A stretch of DNA of 28,999 bases from a virus (taxonomy: Duplodnaviria > Caudoviricetes), in the IMG/VR virus record IMGVR_UViG_3300009605_000095, positions 1 through 28,999 of that record; one strand, 5' to 3'. The position numbers and the translations under genes were made by a program. This document shows positions 16,535 through 25,198 of the stretch, piece by piece; the stretch's first letter is position 1; every line of letters begins with the position of its first letter. The notes beneath the pieces were generated by a model. The model saw only the letters and a list, made by a program, of their open reading frames with translations, was not told where the DNA came from and made no database searches.

Positions 16535-16598
16535 TTTTAAGAATTGTTTTAGTGTATACAAAAATAGAATCCAAATTTATGCTTTAGGAGAAAAGACT

Positions 16599-17435
16599 AT
16601 GCTGGGTAATGACGAACTCCATACTAAAATTTTATATCCAGTCACAAGAGTTCGGGCAGGGAATGCTGGTGGTTCGGGGGTGGTTGTGTATTCAGAGCCA
16701 GACCCTAAAAAGCCTGATGAGTATATAAATATTGTTTTAACTTGCCAGCATGTGGTTGATGGGGCTATCAAAATGAGGGATGAGTTTGATAGTGTTCTGA
16801 AACGTAATCGAAAGACTGATTATTTTGAAGAGGTTGTTGTTGAGATTTTCCAGTATTTGGGTAGCAGACTTATTTCAAGCAACGCTACTACTGGTGATAT
16901 TATTGCATACGACAAGCACCATGACATTGCAGCTATAAAGTTACATAATCCAAATAAAATGGAACATGTGGCTTCTATAATCCCTGAAAACGAAGTTAAA
17001 GAGCTTCGTTTTTTTGAAAATGTTGTGACATGTGGTTGTAGTTTATTGCATGACCCATTTGGAAATATTGGTACAATAACTTCTTTGCGAGAAGTTATAG
17101 AGCAAAAGAATTATCTTATGGCTAATGCCCCAGCTATATTTGGAAATTCTGGTGGGGGATTGTTTCATGGTGATACTGGTCATTTATTAGGGTTGACATC
17201 GAGAGTTACTGTTACTCAATTAGGATTTGGGTTGGATGTTCAAGCATGGATGAATTTCAGTACGCATCCAGAGCGTTTATATGAGTTTTTTAATGACCAA
17301 GAACTTAGATTCCTAGTAGACCCCACAGATGATTTTCATAAGGCAATGTCTAGGAGGTTGGAACGGCGAAAAGACGCTATACGAGATTTATTTTTAACTG
17401 ATGAGAAGGAAGAGGAAGTGGTAGTTGATGGCTAA
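16599..17435 (+). CDS. Trypsin-like serine protease (no PDZ domain)
   Basis: GSGV, LTCQHVV (His), HDIA (Asp), GNSGGG (Ser); AGGAG RBS favours ATG 16599 over TTG 16515. Confidence 0.9.
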   Translation: MLGNDELHTKILYPVTRVRAGNAGGSGVVVYSEPDPKKPDEYINIVLTCQHVVDGAIKMRDEFDSVLKRNRKTDYFEEVVVEIFQYLGSRLISSNATTGDIIAYDKHHDIAAIKLHNPNKMEHVASIIPENEVKELRFFENVVTCGCSLLHDPFGNIGTITSLREVIEQKNYLMANAPAIFGNSGGGLFHGDTGHLLGLTSRVTVTQLGFGLDVQAWMNFSTHPERLYEFFNDQELRFLVDPTDDFHKAMSRRLERRKDAIRDLFLTDEKEEEVVVDG

Positions 17436-17865
17436 GAAAAAAACTGAGTCTAGAGAATGTTGTTTAGATAGTGCTGTGTCGTGTAAGTGCCAGTCTGATG
17501 ACCAGTGCATAGAAGTCTTGAAAAGGTATTCTAAAGTCGTTTATTGTAATGATGATAAATGCCTGTTTAATGTATCTTTACCTTATGAGTATTTTGTGAA
17601 TCGTGGTCTAAATCATAAGCCCTTTAAAGATGATTCTTTTCATGGGGTTTGTGGTAGGGCAGATATTGGCTTACGTCTAAAAGAAATTAACGTTACTGAA
17701 ACAGGTTCTAAAGTAAAGCACTCTAATACCATTTGCACTGTGCGTAGTGATAAGGGATATAAAGGTCATATGGACTTTTCTAAACTATTACAATCTGACG
17801 GTACTCCATATGGTGGAATAATACCGGGGCCAGTTGACCCCGGTACTGCTTATGGAGTTCGGTAA
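17428..17865 (+). CDS. Cys-rich hypothetical protein
   Basis: Nine Cys including CC....CKC and C....C.FN...C; overlaps the protease stop. Confidence 0.7.
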   Translation: MAKKKTESRECCLDSAVSCKCQSDDQCIEVLKRYSKVVYCNDDKCLFNVSLPYEYFVNRGLNHKPFKDDSFHGVCGRADIGLRLKEINVTETGSKVKHSNTICTVRSDKGYKGHMDFSKLLQSDGTPYGGIIPGPVDPGTAYGVR

Positions 17866-17876
17866 GGGTAAGTTTA

Positions 17877-18383
17877 ATGAGGTCACAGACATCTACTGAA
17901 GAGGAGCGCAAAAGAGCATTAGAGTTATATCTGGAAGGGAGTAAATCTTTTTCTAAAATGGCTGAGACTCTTAGTGATGAGTTTGGTCGAGATGTGAGTG
18001 TAAATGCTCTATATGCGTGGAAACGCAAATATGATTGGGAAGACTTGCGAGCCAGACAGCAAATTGTTGTTGTTCAAAAATTATCTGAATTGGATGAAGA
18101 TGAAATAGTAGTTGACCAGAAAAGACAACTGGACAGCTATAAATATCTCTCAGATAAAGGTAGGTCTGCTTTAGAGACATTGCAATTTGGTGATGCGATG
18201 GAAGCCACTAGAGCTATGGATATAGGTATTCAGGGTGAGAGGAAAGTTCGTGGTGGATTAATCAATTTAGAATTTGTGCAAGAATGTATGTCTATTATTT
18301 TAAACCATATTGATGATGAATCCACATTAAAGAATTTAGCTATAGATTTTAGGAAGTTGCTAGTGAAGTATAAAGATTCATAA
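17877..18383 (+). CDS. Probable terminase small subunit (N-terminal HTH)
   Basis: RALELYL..SFSKMAE.L...VSVNALYAWKRKYDW HTH; directly upstream of the large terminase. Confidence 0.75.
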   Translation: MRSQTSTEEERKRALELYLEGSKSFSKMAETLSDEFGRDVSVNALYAWKRKYDWEDLRARQQIVVVQKLSELDEDEIVVDQKRQLDSYKYLSDKGRSALETLQFGDAMEATRAMDIGIQGERKVRGGLINLEFVQECMSIILNHIDDESTLKNLAIDFRKLLVKYKDS

Positions 18384-18404
18384 ATTATTTATTGAGAGTG
18401 TTCT

Positions 18405-20075
18405 ATGCCCAGAACTTATAAGAAAAAGAATGATACATTAGTTACATTTGAAGATGGCTTACAGGAGATGATAGATACTCTCGATGATAGACAATCTATC
18501 GACACTGGGTCTTTTTGGGAATTCACACGAGATATTTGGAGTCAAGGATACGAGCATAAAAATTATTTTGATGCATGGCATGTTGGAGTTATATGTGATG
18601 ATGTAGATAGAGCAATGGCTGATGGTAAACATTATGTTGGTATACTTCCAAGAGGTCATATGAAATCGACTATCTTGGGGTATGCTTTTTGTGTTTGGCG
18701 TATTTTAAATTCTCCTCAAGATACGTCCATACTTTATCTCTCATATAGCGATGGTATGTCTCGCTATCATATTTCTGAGATGAATCGACATATACGTGGA
18801 AATCCTCAGTTAATGGACTGGATGACTGACCGTTCTCCTAATGCTGATTATTCGTTTAGATATTTAGTAAATGGTTCTCGTGCCGAAGTTATGCATGGGG
18901 GTCTTTTTTCCTTTAAGCGTGGTATGCATTTGAATGGCGCACTTGTTTGTGATGACCTTATGCGTGACCCTGAAAATCCATTGAATATCTCTAGCCTTAG
19001 TAAAATCGAAGAGTGGTTTTATACTGAGACTCTTTATATTCCCAATCGTGGTGTTCCCGTAATTGTTTTAGGTACTCCGATGTTACCGGGAGACTTGCTT
19101 TTTAAATTACAGGGGGATGAACGCTTTATTTCACGAGTTCTCCCAGCATTAGACCCAATTCCCGGTAGAAGGGTCTTGATGCCAGAATTATATACAGAAG
19201 CAGAATTATTGCATCAGAAGCAAATTAGACCGAAATCGTTTGCGTCGGAAATGATGTTAACTCCTTATTTAAGTACTGAAAGTTATTTGAATGATGAAGA
19301 TATTGGTAATTGTGAAAATGATGAACTTGAATCATTAGACCCATATAAAAAACATGATATAGAAGCTGATTTTACATTTGCGGGATTTGACGTAGGTAAG
19401 AAACGTCACCCATCACATTTAGCTATTTTTAAAATTAAAAATAAAGTTATTACTCAAATACACCAATCCTTTTTAGATAACTGGGATTATACAGACCAAA
19501 TTGCTCATTTAAATTTAGTTGCTGAAAATTTTGATTTGGATAGGGCTTATGTTGATAATTCTAGGGGGGAGTTAGAGGAACGGGGGTTGGGTGCTATTTG
19601 GAATCCTCTGACATTTACTTTGAAGCAAAAACGCAGAATGGCACAAGTTTTTGAGGAATATGTGAATTCTGGTAGACTTCAATTGATAGCTGATGAAAGA
19701 CAACGTTCACAAATAACTTGTGTTAATAACGATTTGAAAGCACCTGAAACACCTCTAGGACATGGTGACTCGTTTTTTTCTGTAGCTATGGCTTTACTTG
19801 CTTGTTATGAACAAGAAACTTCTTCTACTTCATTGATTGGGGATATGAATGATTTCACCCCAAAACCAAATGAAAATTCACTTGAACCCAAGTTCGATGA
19901 AGGGTATACTAATAATGAGACTAATGATGAAGTATGTCCTGATTGTGGCAGTAAAAATGCTTGGATTTCAGCGAATTCGCTATGTCTATCCTGCTATGCT
20001 GGCTCTCTTTCGTTAAAAAGAACTTCTAATTTAGGGAAACTTGATGAAGAGGTAACGGATTTCCCCTTTGGTTAG
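18405..20075 (+). CDS. terL: Terminase large subunit
   Basis: Walker A LPRGHMKST, Walker B LVCDD, GTP coupling motif, nuclease AGFDVG ... HGD; extra C-terminal CPDC...CLSC. Confidence 0.9.
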   Translation: MPRTYKKKNDTLVTFEDGLQEMIDTLDDRQSIDTGSFWEFTRDIWSQGYEHKNYFDAWHVGVICDDVDRAMADGKHYVGILPRGHMKSTILGYAFCVWRILNSPQDTSILYLSYSDGMSRYHISEMNRHIRGNPQLMDWMTDRSPNADYSFRYLVNGSRAEVMHGGLFSFKRGMHLNGALVCDDLMRDPENPLNISSLSKIEEWFYTETLYIPNRGVPVIVLGTPMLPGDLLFKLQGDERFISRVLPALDPIPGRRVLMPELYTEAELLHQKQIRPKSFASEMMLTPYLSTESYLNDEDIGNCENDELESLDPYKKHDIEADFTFAGFDVGKKRHPSHLAIFKIKNKVITQIHQSFLDNWDYTDQIAHLNLVAENFDLDRAYVDNSRGELEERGLGAIWNPLTFTLKQKRRMAQVFEEYVNSGRLQLIADERQRSQITCVNNDLKAPETPLGHGDSFFSVAMALLACYEQETSSTSLIGDMNDFTPKPNENSLEPKFDEGYTNNETNDEVCPDCGSKNAWISANSLCLSCYAGSLSLKRTSNLGKLDEEVTDFPFG

Positions 20076-20108
20076 ACTACTAGTACTATATTTTTTGAGG
20101 TTTATATA

Positions 20109-22400
20109 ATGGAGAATTTGGCATTGGATTATGTATCCCCTGTAACTGTGAATGGGTTGCAAATTTTAAAGAGTAGGTATTTTTTAAAGAATCCTGATGG
20201 TTCGTTGAAGGAAAACACTCCAGATGAATTATTTACACGGGTGGCGTTTGCTGTTTCTAATGCTGAAGAAGATTCTGAGTATTGGGGGAATCGCTATAAG
20301 GAAGAGTTACTGACTCCGCTTATTTTTCTTCCTAATTCTCCAGTGTTAATGAATATGGGAACTGGTGCTGGAACAGGCTCTGCATGTTATGTTGTGAACC
20401 TTGAGGACAGTATGAGTTCTATCATGCAAACGGCTTATGATGCTGCCATGATAGAAAAATATGGTGGTGGAATAGGTTTTTCTCTTTCTGATATTCGTCC
20501 TAAAGGATTTCCGATAACTACGACTCATGGAAAGGCGTGTGGCCCCATTGCTGTTTTGCGTATGCTTTCTGAGGTAGGCACGATGATTACTCAGGGTGGC
20601 AAACGTGATGGCGCACATATGGGTGTACTAGAGGTTTATTCTCCTGATATAGAAGAATTTATTGGTTGTAAGACTACTGAAGGTAAAATTCATAATTTCA
20701 ATATCTCTGTTGGTGTAGATAAGAATTTTATTGATGCTGTGAAGGCAGATGAATATTTGCATTTGACTTGGCCTATGTGTCGTGAACGGCATCCTGTGAA
20801 GACCTCTGAAAATGGTATGGGTCAGTCTATGGATTGGGATACGTGTGGTAGAGTTGAAGGGAAATTAATTCGGGCTAGAGAAGTGTTTTCTAAAATCATT
20901 CATGGGGCATGGTTAAATGGGGAGCCGGGTATGGTTTGGCTTGACCGTATGAATGAAGATAACACGACTCCAGAATTAGGAACTATCAAGGCTACAAATC
21001 CATGTGGAGAACAACCTCTCCTATCCTCTGAGTCGTGTAATTTGGGTAGTATAGACCTATCTAAATTAGTGGTTGATGGAGAATTTGATTTTGAACATTA
21101 TAGAGAAGTCATCCAGTTAGCGACTCGCTTTTTAGATAACGTAATAGATGTAAATATTCATCCCACTAAAGAAACTTCTGAGATGAATAAAAAGACCCGA
21201 AAAATCGGGTTAGGTGTCATGGGTTTTGCAGATATGCTAATCCAGATAGGTGTTCCGTATGATACTGAGGAATCCGTTGAGTGGGCTATGAAATTAGGGG
21301 CTATATTAGAGGAAGAGTCTGATGCTTCATCTTGTCTTTTAGGGAGAGAGAAGGGAGATTTTCCTGCGTTTGATGAAAGTCCATTGAATGTTAAGCATGG
21401 TGGGGAATGGGAACATATGCGTAATGCATGGCGAAGGTCGATTGCTCCTACTGGAACTATCTCCATGATTGCAAATTGTTCTTCTGGAATTGAGCCTTTG
21501 TTTGATTTGGCTTTTAAAAAGCACAATTTATCTGCTGCACTTGAGGGAGTAGAACTTTATTATATACACGAAGATTTGAAGAATCGTGTTTCTCATCTAT
21601 TTGATAACAATGGAAATTCTATTGAGAAATATATTTCTGAGGGTCATGATGTTAAAGATTTGCTCTCTGATTCCCATGAGCGAAGTTTATTTGTTACGTC
21701 TAGTGAGATTGATTATAAATGGCATATTAATATTCAAGCTATGTGGCAGAATTATATTGATTCTGGTGTAAGTAAAACCATTAATCTTCCCAATTGTGCC
21801 ACAGAGCAAGATATTTGGGATGCTTATATGATGGCTGGAGATTTAAAGTGTAAGGGAATTACAGTTTATCGTTCAGGTAGTCGTGAACGAGAAGTATTGG
21901 TTTCCTCTGTAGGAGATAATACTGGGACTTCTTCTAGTAATGATGTATTAGTTCGACCTGAATCAGTGCAAGGCGTGACTTCTAGGATTACCACAGGTCA
22001 TGGGAAACTTTTCATGACATTGAATTCTAACAACGGGAATCCATTTGAAGTATTTTCTCAAATAGGGAAATCTGGTCAATGCGATGCGGCCTATCTAGAA
22101 GCTATTTCACGATTGGTTTCGTTATGTTTGAGAAATAAAATAATGCCTGAAACAATTCATCAACAATTGAATGGCATAGTTTGTTGTCCTGTATGGAGTG
22201 AGGGAACACAAGTTCATTCTGTTCCTGATGCCATTGCTTTAGGGTTGAAAACTCATTTTATTGATATTCATGACGGTGTTTCTATATCTTCAAATGGTAA
22301 GCTAGGGTTTGGTAGCACATGCCCAGAATGTGGTACTACAACTGTATTTTCTGAGGGTTGCATAACATGCAATTCTTGTGGTTGGTCTAAGTGTAGCTAG
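20109..22400 (+). CDS. nrdJ: Class II (adenosylcobalamin-dependent) ribonucleotide reductase
   Basis: PNSP, SAC, GGGIG, TNPCGEQPL, SCNLGS, R.IGLGVMG, IAPTGTIS, SKTINLP, KGITVYR; C-terminal TSCPD-like domain and CPEC..C..C.WSKC. Confidence 0.95.
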   Translation: MENLALDYVSPVTVNGLQILKSRYFLKNPDGSLKENTPDELFTRVAFAVSNAEEDSEYWGNRYKEELLTPLIFLPNSPVLMNMGTGAGTGSACYVVNLEDSMSSIMQTAYDAAMIEKYGGGIGFSLSDIRPKGFPITTTHGKACGPIAVLRMLSEVGTMITQGGKRDGAHMGVLEVYSPDIEEFIGCKTTEGKIHNFNISVGVDKNFIDAVKADEYLHLTWPMCRERHPVKTSENGMGQSMDWDTCGRVEGKLIRAREVFSKIIHGAWLNGEPGMVWLDRMNEDNTTPELGTIKATNPCGEQPLLSSESCNLGSIDLSKLVVDGEFDFEHYREVIQLATRFLDNVIDVNIHPTKETSEMNKKTRKIGLGVMGFADMLIQIGVPYDTEESVEWAMKLGAILEEESDASSCLLGREKGDFPAFDESPLNVKHGGEWEHMRNAWRRSIAPTGTISMIANCSSGIEPLFDLAFKKHNLSAALEGVELYYIHEDLKNRVSHLFDNNGNSIEKYISEGHDVKDLLSDSHERSLFVTSSEIDYKWHINIQAMWQNYIDSGVSKTINLPNCATEQDIWDAYMMAGDLKCKGITVYRSGSREREVLVSSVGDNTGTSSSNDVLVRPESVQGVTSRITTGHGKLFMTLNSNNGNPFEVFSQIGKSGQCDAAYLEAISRLVSLCLRNKIMPETIHQQLNGIVCCPVWSEGTQVHSVPDAIALGLKTHFIDIHDGVSISSNGKLGFGSTCPECGTTTVFSEGCITCNSCGWSKCS

Positions 22401-22455
22401 TTTTTACATTAACTATATGTTAGAATATTCTATTATACAGTAAAGGAAAGATAAG

Positions 22456-22944
22456 ATGTTAGGAAGTTCATTACGTCAATTTGATAAACAGTATGTTTGC
22501 TCTAGGGATGATAAGGGTACTTGGAGAATAGTAGACCTGTGGCATAAAGAACTAGAGGGTTTAAATCTAGAGGATGATATTCCTGATGACCATCCAGCCA
22601 TTAAGATTTTAACTGAAGGCGAGTTTCTTGAGTTGATAAATGAGTCTAAACGGCTGGGTATGATGCAGAAAATGGAAGAGTCTGGGGAGTTTTCAATTTC
22701 CGCAGATGCATACGATTCAGTTTGTGAGGAACGGGATAATCTTAAAATGGAATTAGAAGAAAATACTACTTCTACAAATACTACAAAAATGTTGGTAGAG
22801 GCTGAAGTGTCAGAATCATTTCAACTTGCTAATAAAAAATTAGATACGTTGTTGAAATTGTCAAGTCTTGGGACGTTGAATGATGACTTAACCAAGGCAG
22901 TTTTATTATTGGGTGGGAATAGTGAATTAGGTTCTGGTGACTAA
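22456..22944 (+). CDS. Hypothetical protein (acidic, coiled-coil C-terminus)
   Basis: AAGGA RBS; 162 aa; lies between RNR and portal. Confidence 0.75.
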   Translation: MLGSSLRQFDKQYVCSRDDKGTWRIVDLWHKELEGLNLEDDIPDDHPAIKILTEGEFLELINESKRLGMMQKMEESGEFSISADAYDSVCEERDNLKMELEENTTSTNTTKMLVEAEVSESFQLANKKLDTLLKLSSLGTLNDDLTKAVLLLGGNSELGSGD

Positions 22945-22964
22945 CAATAATGTGGGTTATGTAA

Positions 22965-24950
22965 ATGAAAATAGCAGAACTTCTTCCTGAATTACCGGGC
23001 GTTTTACAGTATCAGCAAAAATTAAATGATTTGTCTAATATAGTTGATTTGATGAAAGCGTCTTCTGATGGGAGTCCTGAAACATATCGAGTACCTTCTC
23101 TTGGATTAGACCATGTTGTAAATCAATGGGTGCGTCAGCAAATGGCGTATCGAATGAATCTGGTTCAAGATTTATTTACAATTGCAATGACCGTAGAAGA
23201 GATTCGTGGCCCCATTAATCATATAATTGGTGAGGTTTTTAGAAGGGGCATTCAGTGGAAACCAAAATTTGCTGCAAAATGTGAGGCTTGTGAAATAGAG
23301 TTTCAGGATTATTTACAAGTTTGTTCGTCTTGTAAAGGGAAGGTTATTGAGCCTGATTTTACTCAGAGAACAGGTGTGGAGAAATTTCTATCTGATTCTA
23401 ATATTTTTGACCAATCTCTTGAAGAGGTTTTACGTCAATTTTGGTTTGACGTAAATGCCATTGATATTGGGTGGTTGTATATATCGAAGGAATATATTGA
23501 GGATGGCCCAGAGGGAGTGAGGTCTAAACCAATTGAGATACGCAGAATACATCCTTCTCTGATTGAATATGATTTAGATACTAATGGGCTTCCAAAAAAC
23601 TCTCATTGGTTTTGCTTTATCCATAGAGAACAGGTTTATCCAGAGGCTGGAGATTGTGATGAGTGTGGTAGAACATTAGTCCCTGCAATGTATAAAATGT
23701 ATCGCTATGGGGGTCAGGCAAATGCTACACGAGCAAATAATTATGCTAGTGAGGGTCAAAATATAACGTATTTATTGGACTCTGAAATCATTGCGTGTAG
23801 AAAATTTTACACTGATGAATTATATGGTTGGAGTCCAATCATGACTATACTAGACAAAGCCTTGACTTTGGTTGGTATGGATAAGAATCTGTATAGATAT
23901 TTTTGGGAACGTAATATGCCAGCTAGCATGATAATGGTATTTACTGATGACCCAGAATCTATGCGCCGTGAGAGAGAACATATAGCGTCTAGAATGAGGC
24001 AAGACCCTAATTATATCCCAATGGTTGCTGTATCGACTCGCCAAAGTCGTGGTAGAGTTGAGATGGTTAGGTTGTTCCATACGTTGCAAGAAATGGATTA
24101 TCTTCCGGTTCGTAATGAAATACGGGAAAGAATAGCTTCTCTTTGGGGGGTAACTCCAGCATGGCAAGGTTCTCCAGAAGCATATGGTGGCTTGAGTTCT
24201 AATACACAGCAATTGGCCGTAATGTCTCGTGTTGTGGAACATGACCAACGATTATTGGAACAAAAAGTTTTCCCTAATATTCTTGAGGCTTTTGGTGTTA
24301 CAGATTGGGTATTGGAACTACCATCACCTGAAGAGAAGGCCGAAGCCACTAAGATTTCATTTGCACAACAGAGAGCCAGCGTTGCTAACATGCTTTTCCA
24401 GATGGGGTTTGATGTGAAATCTCGTTCTTCTGGAGTTAGTGTTGATGATATTGACTTCTTAATCTCTGGTGAAGCGAAAGCTCCAGACCAGATGGGGGGC
24501 ATGGGTGGCATGATGGGCGGTATGGGCGGTATGGGTGGTGGTGATATGGGCGGTATGATGGGTGGTGGGGAAGCTCCACCAGAACAAGGTGGTGATGATG
24601 GCCCAGCAACTCCTACATTGGATTCTCTTGGTTTGTCATTGATGAAAAAATCTGGTGGGACATGGTATGAACAATTATTACAAAAGGGGTACTTTTCCCC
24701 TATTATAAAATCTGTTAGTGATGATGGTAAAACTGTACTTTTTAATAGTGCAAATGATGATTATGAAGCTACATTTATAAACGGCAATTTAATGCATATT
24801 GAGAAGTATTTACATCATCATGATGGTCATCCTCCACATGATGAGAATATAAAACATAATTTATCAGCTAATAGAAAGAGTCGAGTTGATACTGCTATGT
24901 ATGGCCCAGAAGAAGCTGAGGAACTTGATGACGAATTTCTTGGGGTGTAG
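22965..24950 (+). CDS. Portal protein with Cys4 insertions and a long C-terminal extension
   Basis: Position in the packaging module; portal-like segments EIRRIHPS, LYGWSP, YF....P, EMDY...R..IASLWGVTP. Confidence 0.75.
   Translation: MKIAELLPELPGVLQYQQKLNDLSNIVDLMKASSDGSPETYRVPSLGLDHVVNQWVRQQMAYRMNLVQDLFTIAMTVEEIRGPINHIIGEVFRRGIQWKPKFAAKCEACEIEFQDYLQVCSSCKGKVIEPDFTQRTGVEKFLSDSNIFDQSLEEVLRQFWFDVNAIDIGWLYISKEYIEDGPEGVRSKPIEIRRIHPSLIEYDLDTNGLPKNSHWFCFIHREQVYPEAGDCDECGRTLVPAMYKMYRYGGQANATRANNYASEGQNITYLLDSEIIACRKFYTDELYGWSPIMTILDKALTLVGMDKNLYRYFWERNMPASMIMVFTDDPESMRREREHIASRMRQDPNYIPMVAVSTRQSRGRVEMVRLFHTLQEMDYLPVRNEIRERIASLWGVTPAWQGSPEAYGGLSSNTQQLAVMSRVVEHDQRLLEQKVFPNILEAFGVTDWVLELPSPEEKAEATKISFAQQRASVANMLFQMGFDVKSRSSGVSVDDIDFLISGEAKAPDQMGGMGGMMGGMGGMGGGDMGGMMGGGEAPPEQGGDDGPATPTLDSLGLSLMKKSGGTWYEQLLQKGYFSPIIKSVSDDGKTVLFNSANDDYEATFINGNLMHIEKYLHHHDGHPPHDENIKHNLSANRKSRVDTAMYGPEEAEELDDEFLGV
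24492..24569 (+). repeat. Low-complexity (GGM)n coding repeat in the portal
   Basis: MGGMGGMMGGMGGMGGGDMGGMMGGG; ATGGG(C/T)GG(C/T) units. Confidence 0.9.
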
Positions 24951-25170
24951 CCCTCTCTTGTTATCTTTTGAAGCTAAGTTATGGATAGAAAATACTTTTG
25001 AGAGGGCTTTATTTAATGTGGTTTGGGAAAATGAGGAACCTGTTTCTCTTATTGTCACAGTACATAAGGGAGAAAAATTTTTCTTAAGTAAAGGTACAAC
25101 ACTTGTTGATATTCAACAGGATTTAGAAGAGTGGCAGAATAATGGTTGTCCTATAAGAGAAGTTGAGTAG
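24928..25170 (+). CDS. Small hypothetical protein
   Basis: Fills the gap between portal and polyprotein; GAGGA before ATG 24928; start uncertain. Confidence 0.5.
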   Translation: MTNFLGCSPLLLSFEAKLWIENTFERALFNVVWENEEPVSLIVTVHKGEKFFLSKGTTLVDIQQDLEEWQNNGCPIREVE

Positions 25171-25198
25171 TGTTTTTTAAGCTTTTTTGGGATGGCTT

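Noticed and set aside
10582-22400. Inteins or introns in polymerase, terminase or RNR
   Set aside because: Proteins are of compact length with contiguous motifs; no intein or homing-endonuclease signatures seen.
22403-22431. Possible promoter before the 22456 gene (TTTACA...TATTCT or TGtTAGAAT)
   Set aside because: Ambiguous spacing in AT-rich intergenic DNA; insufficient support.
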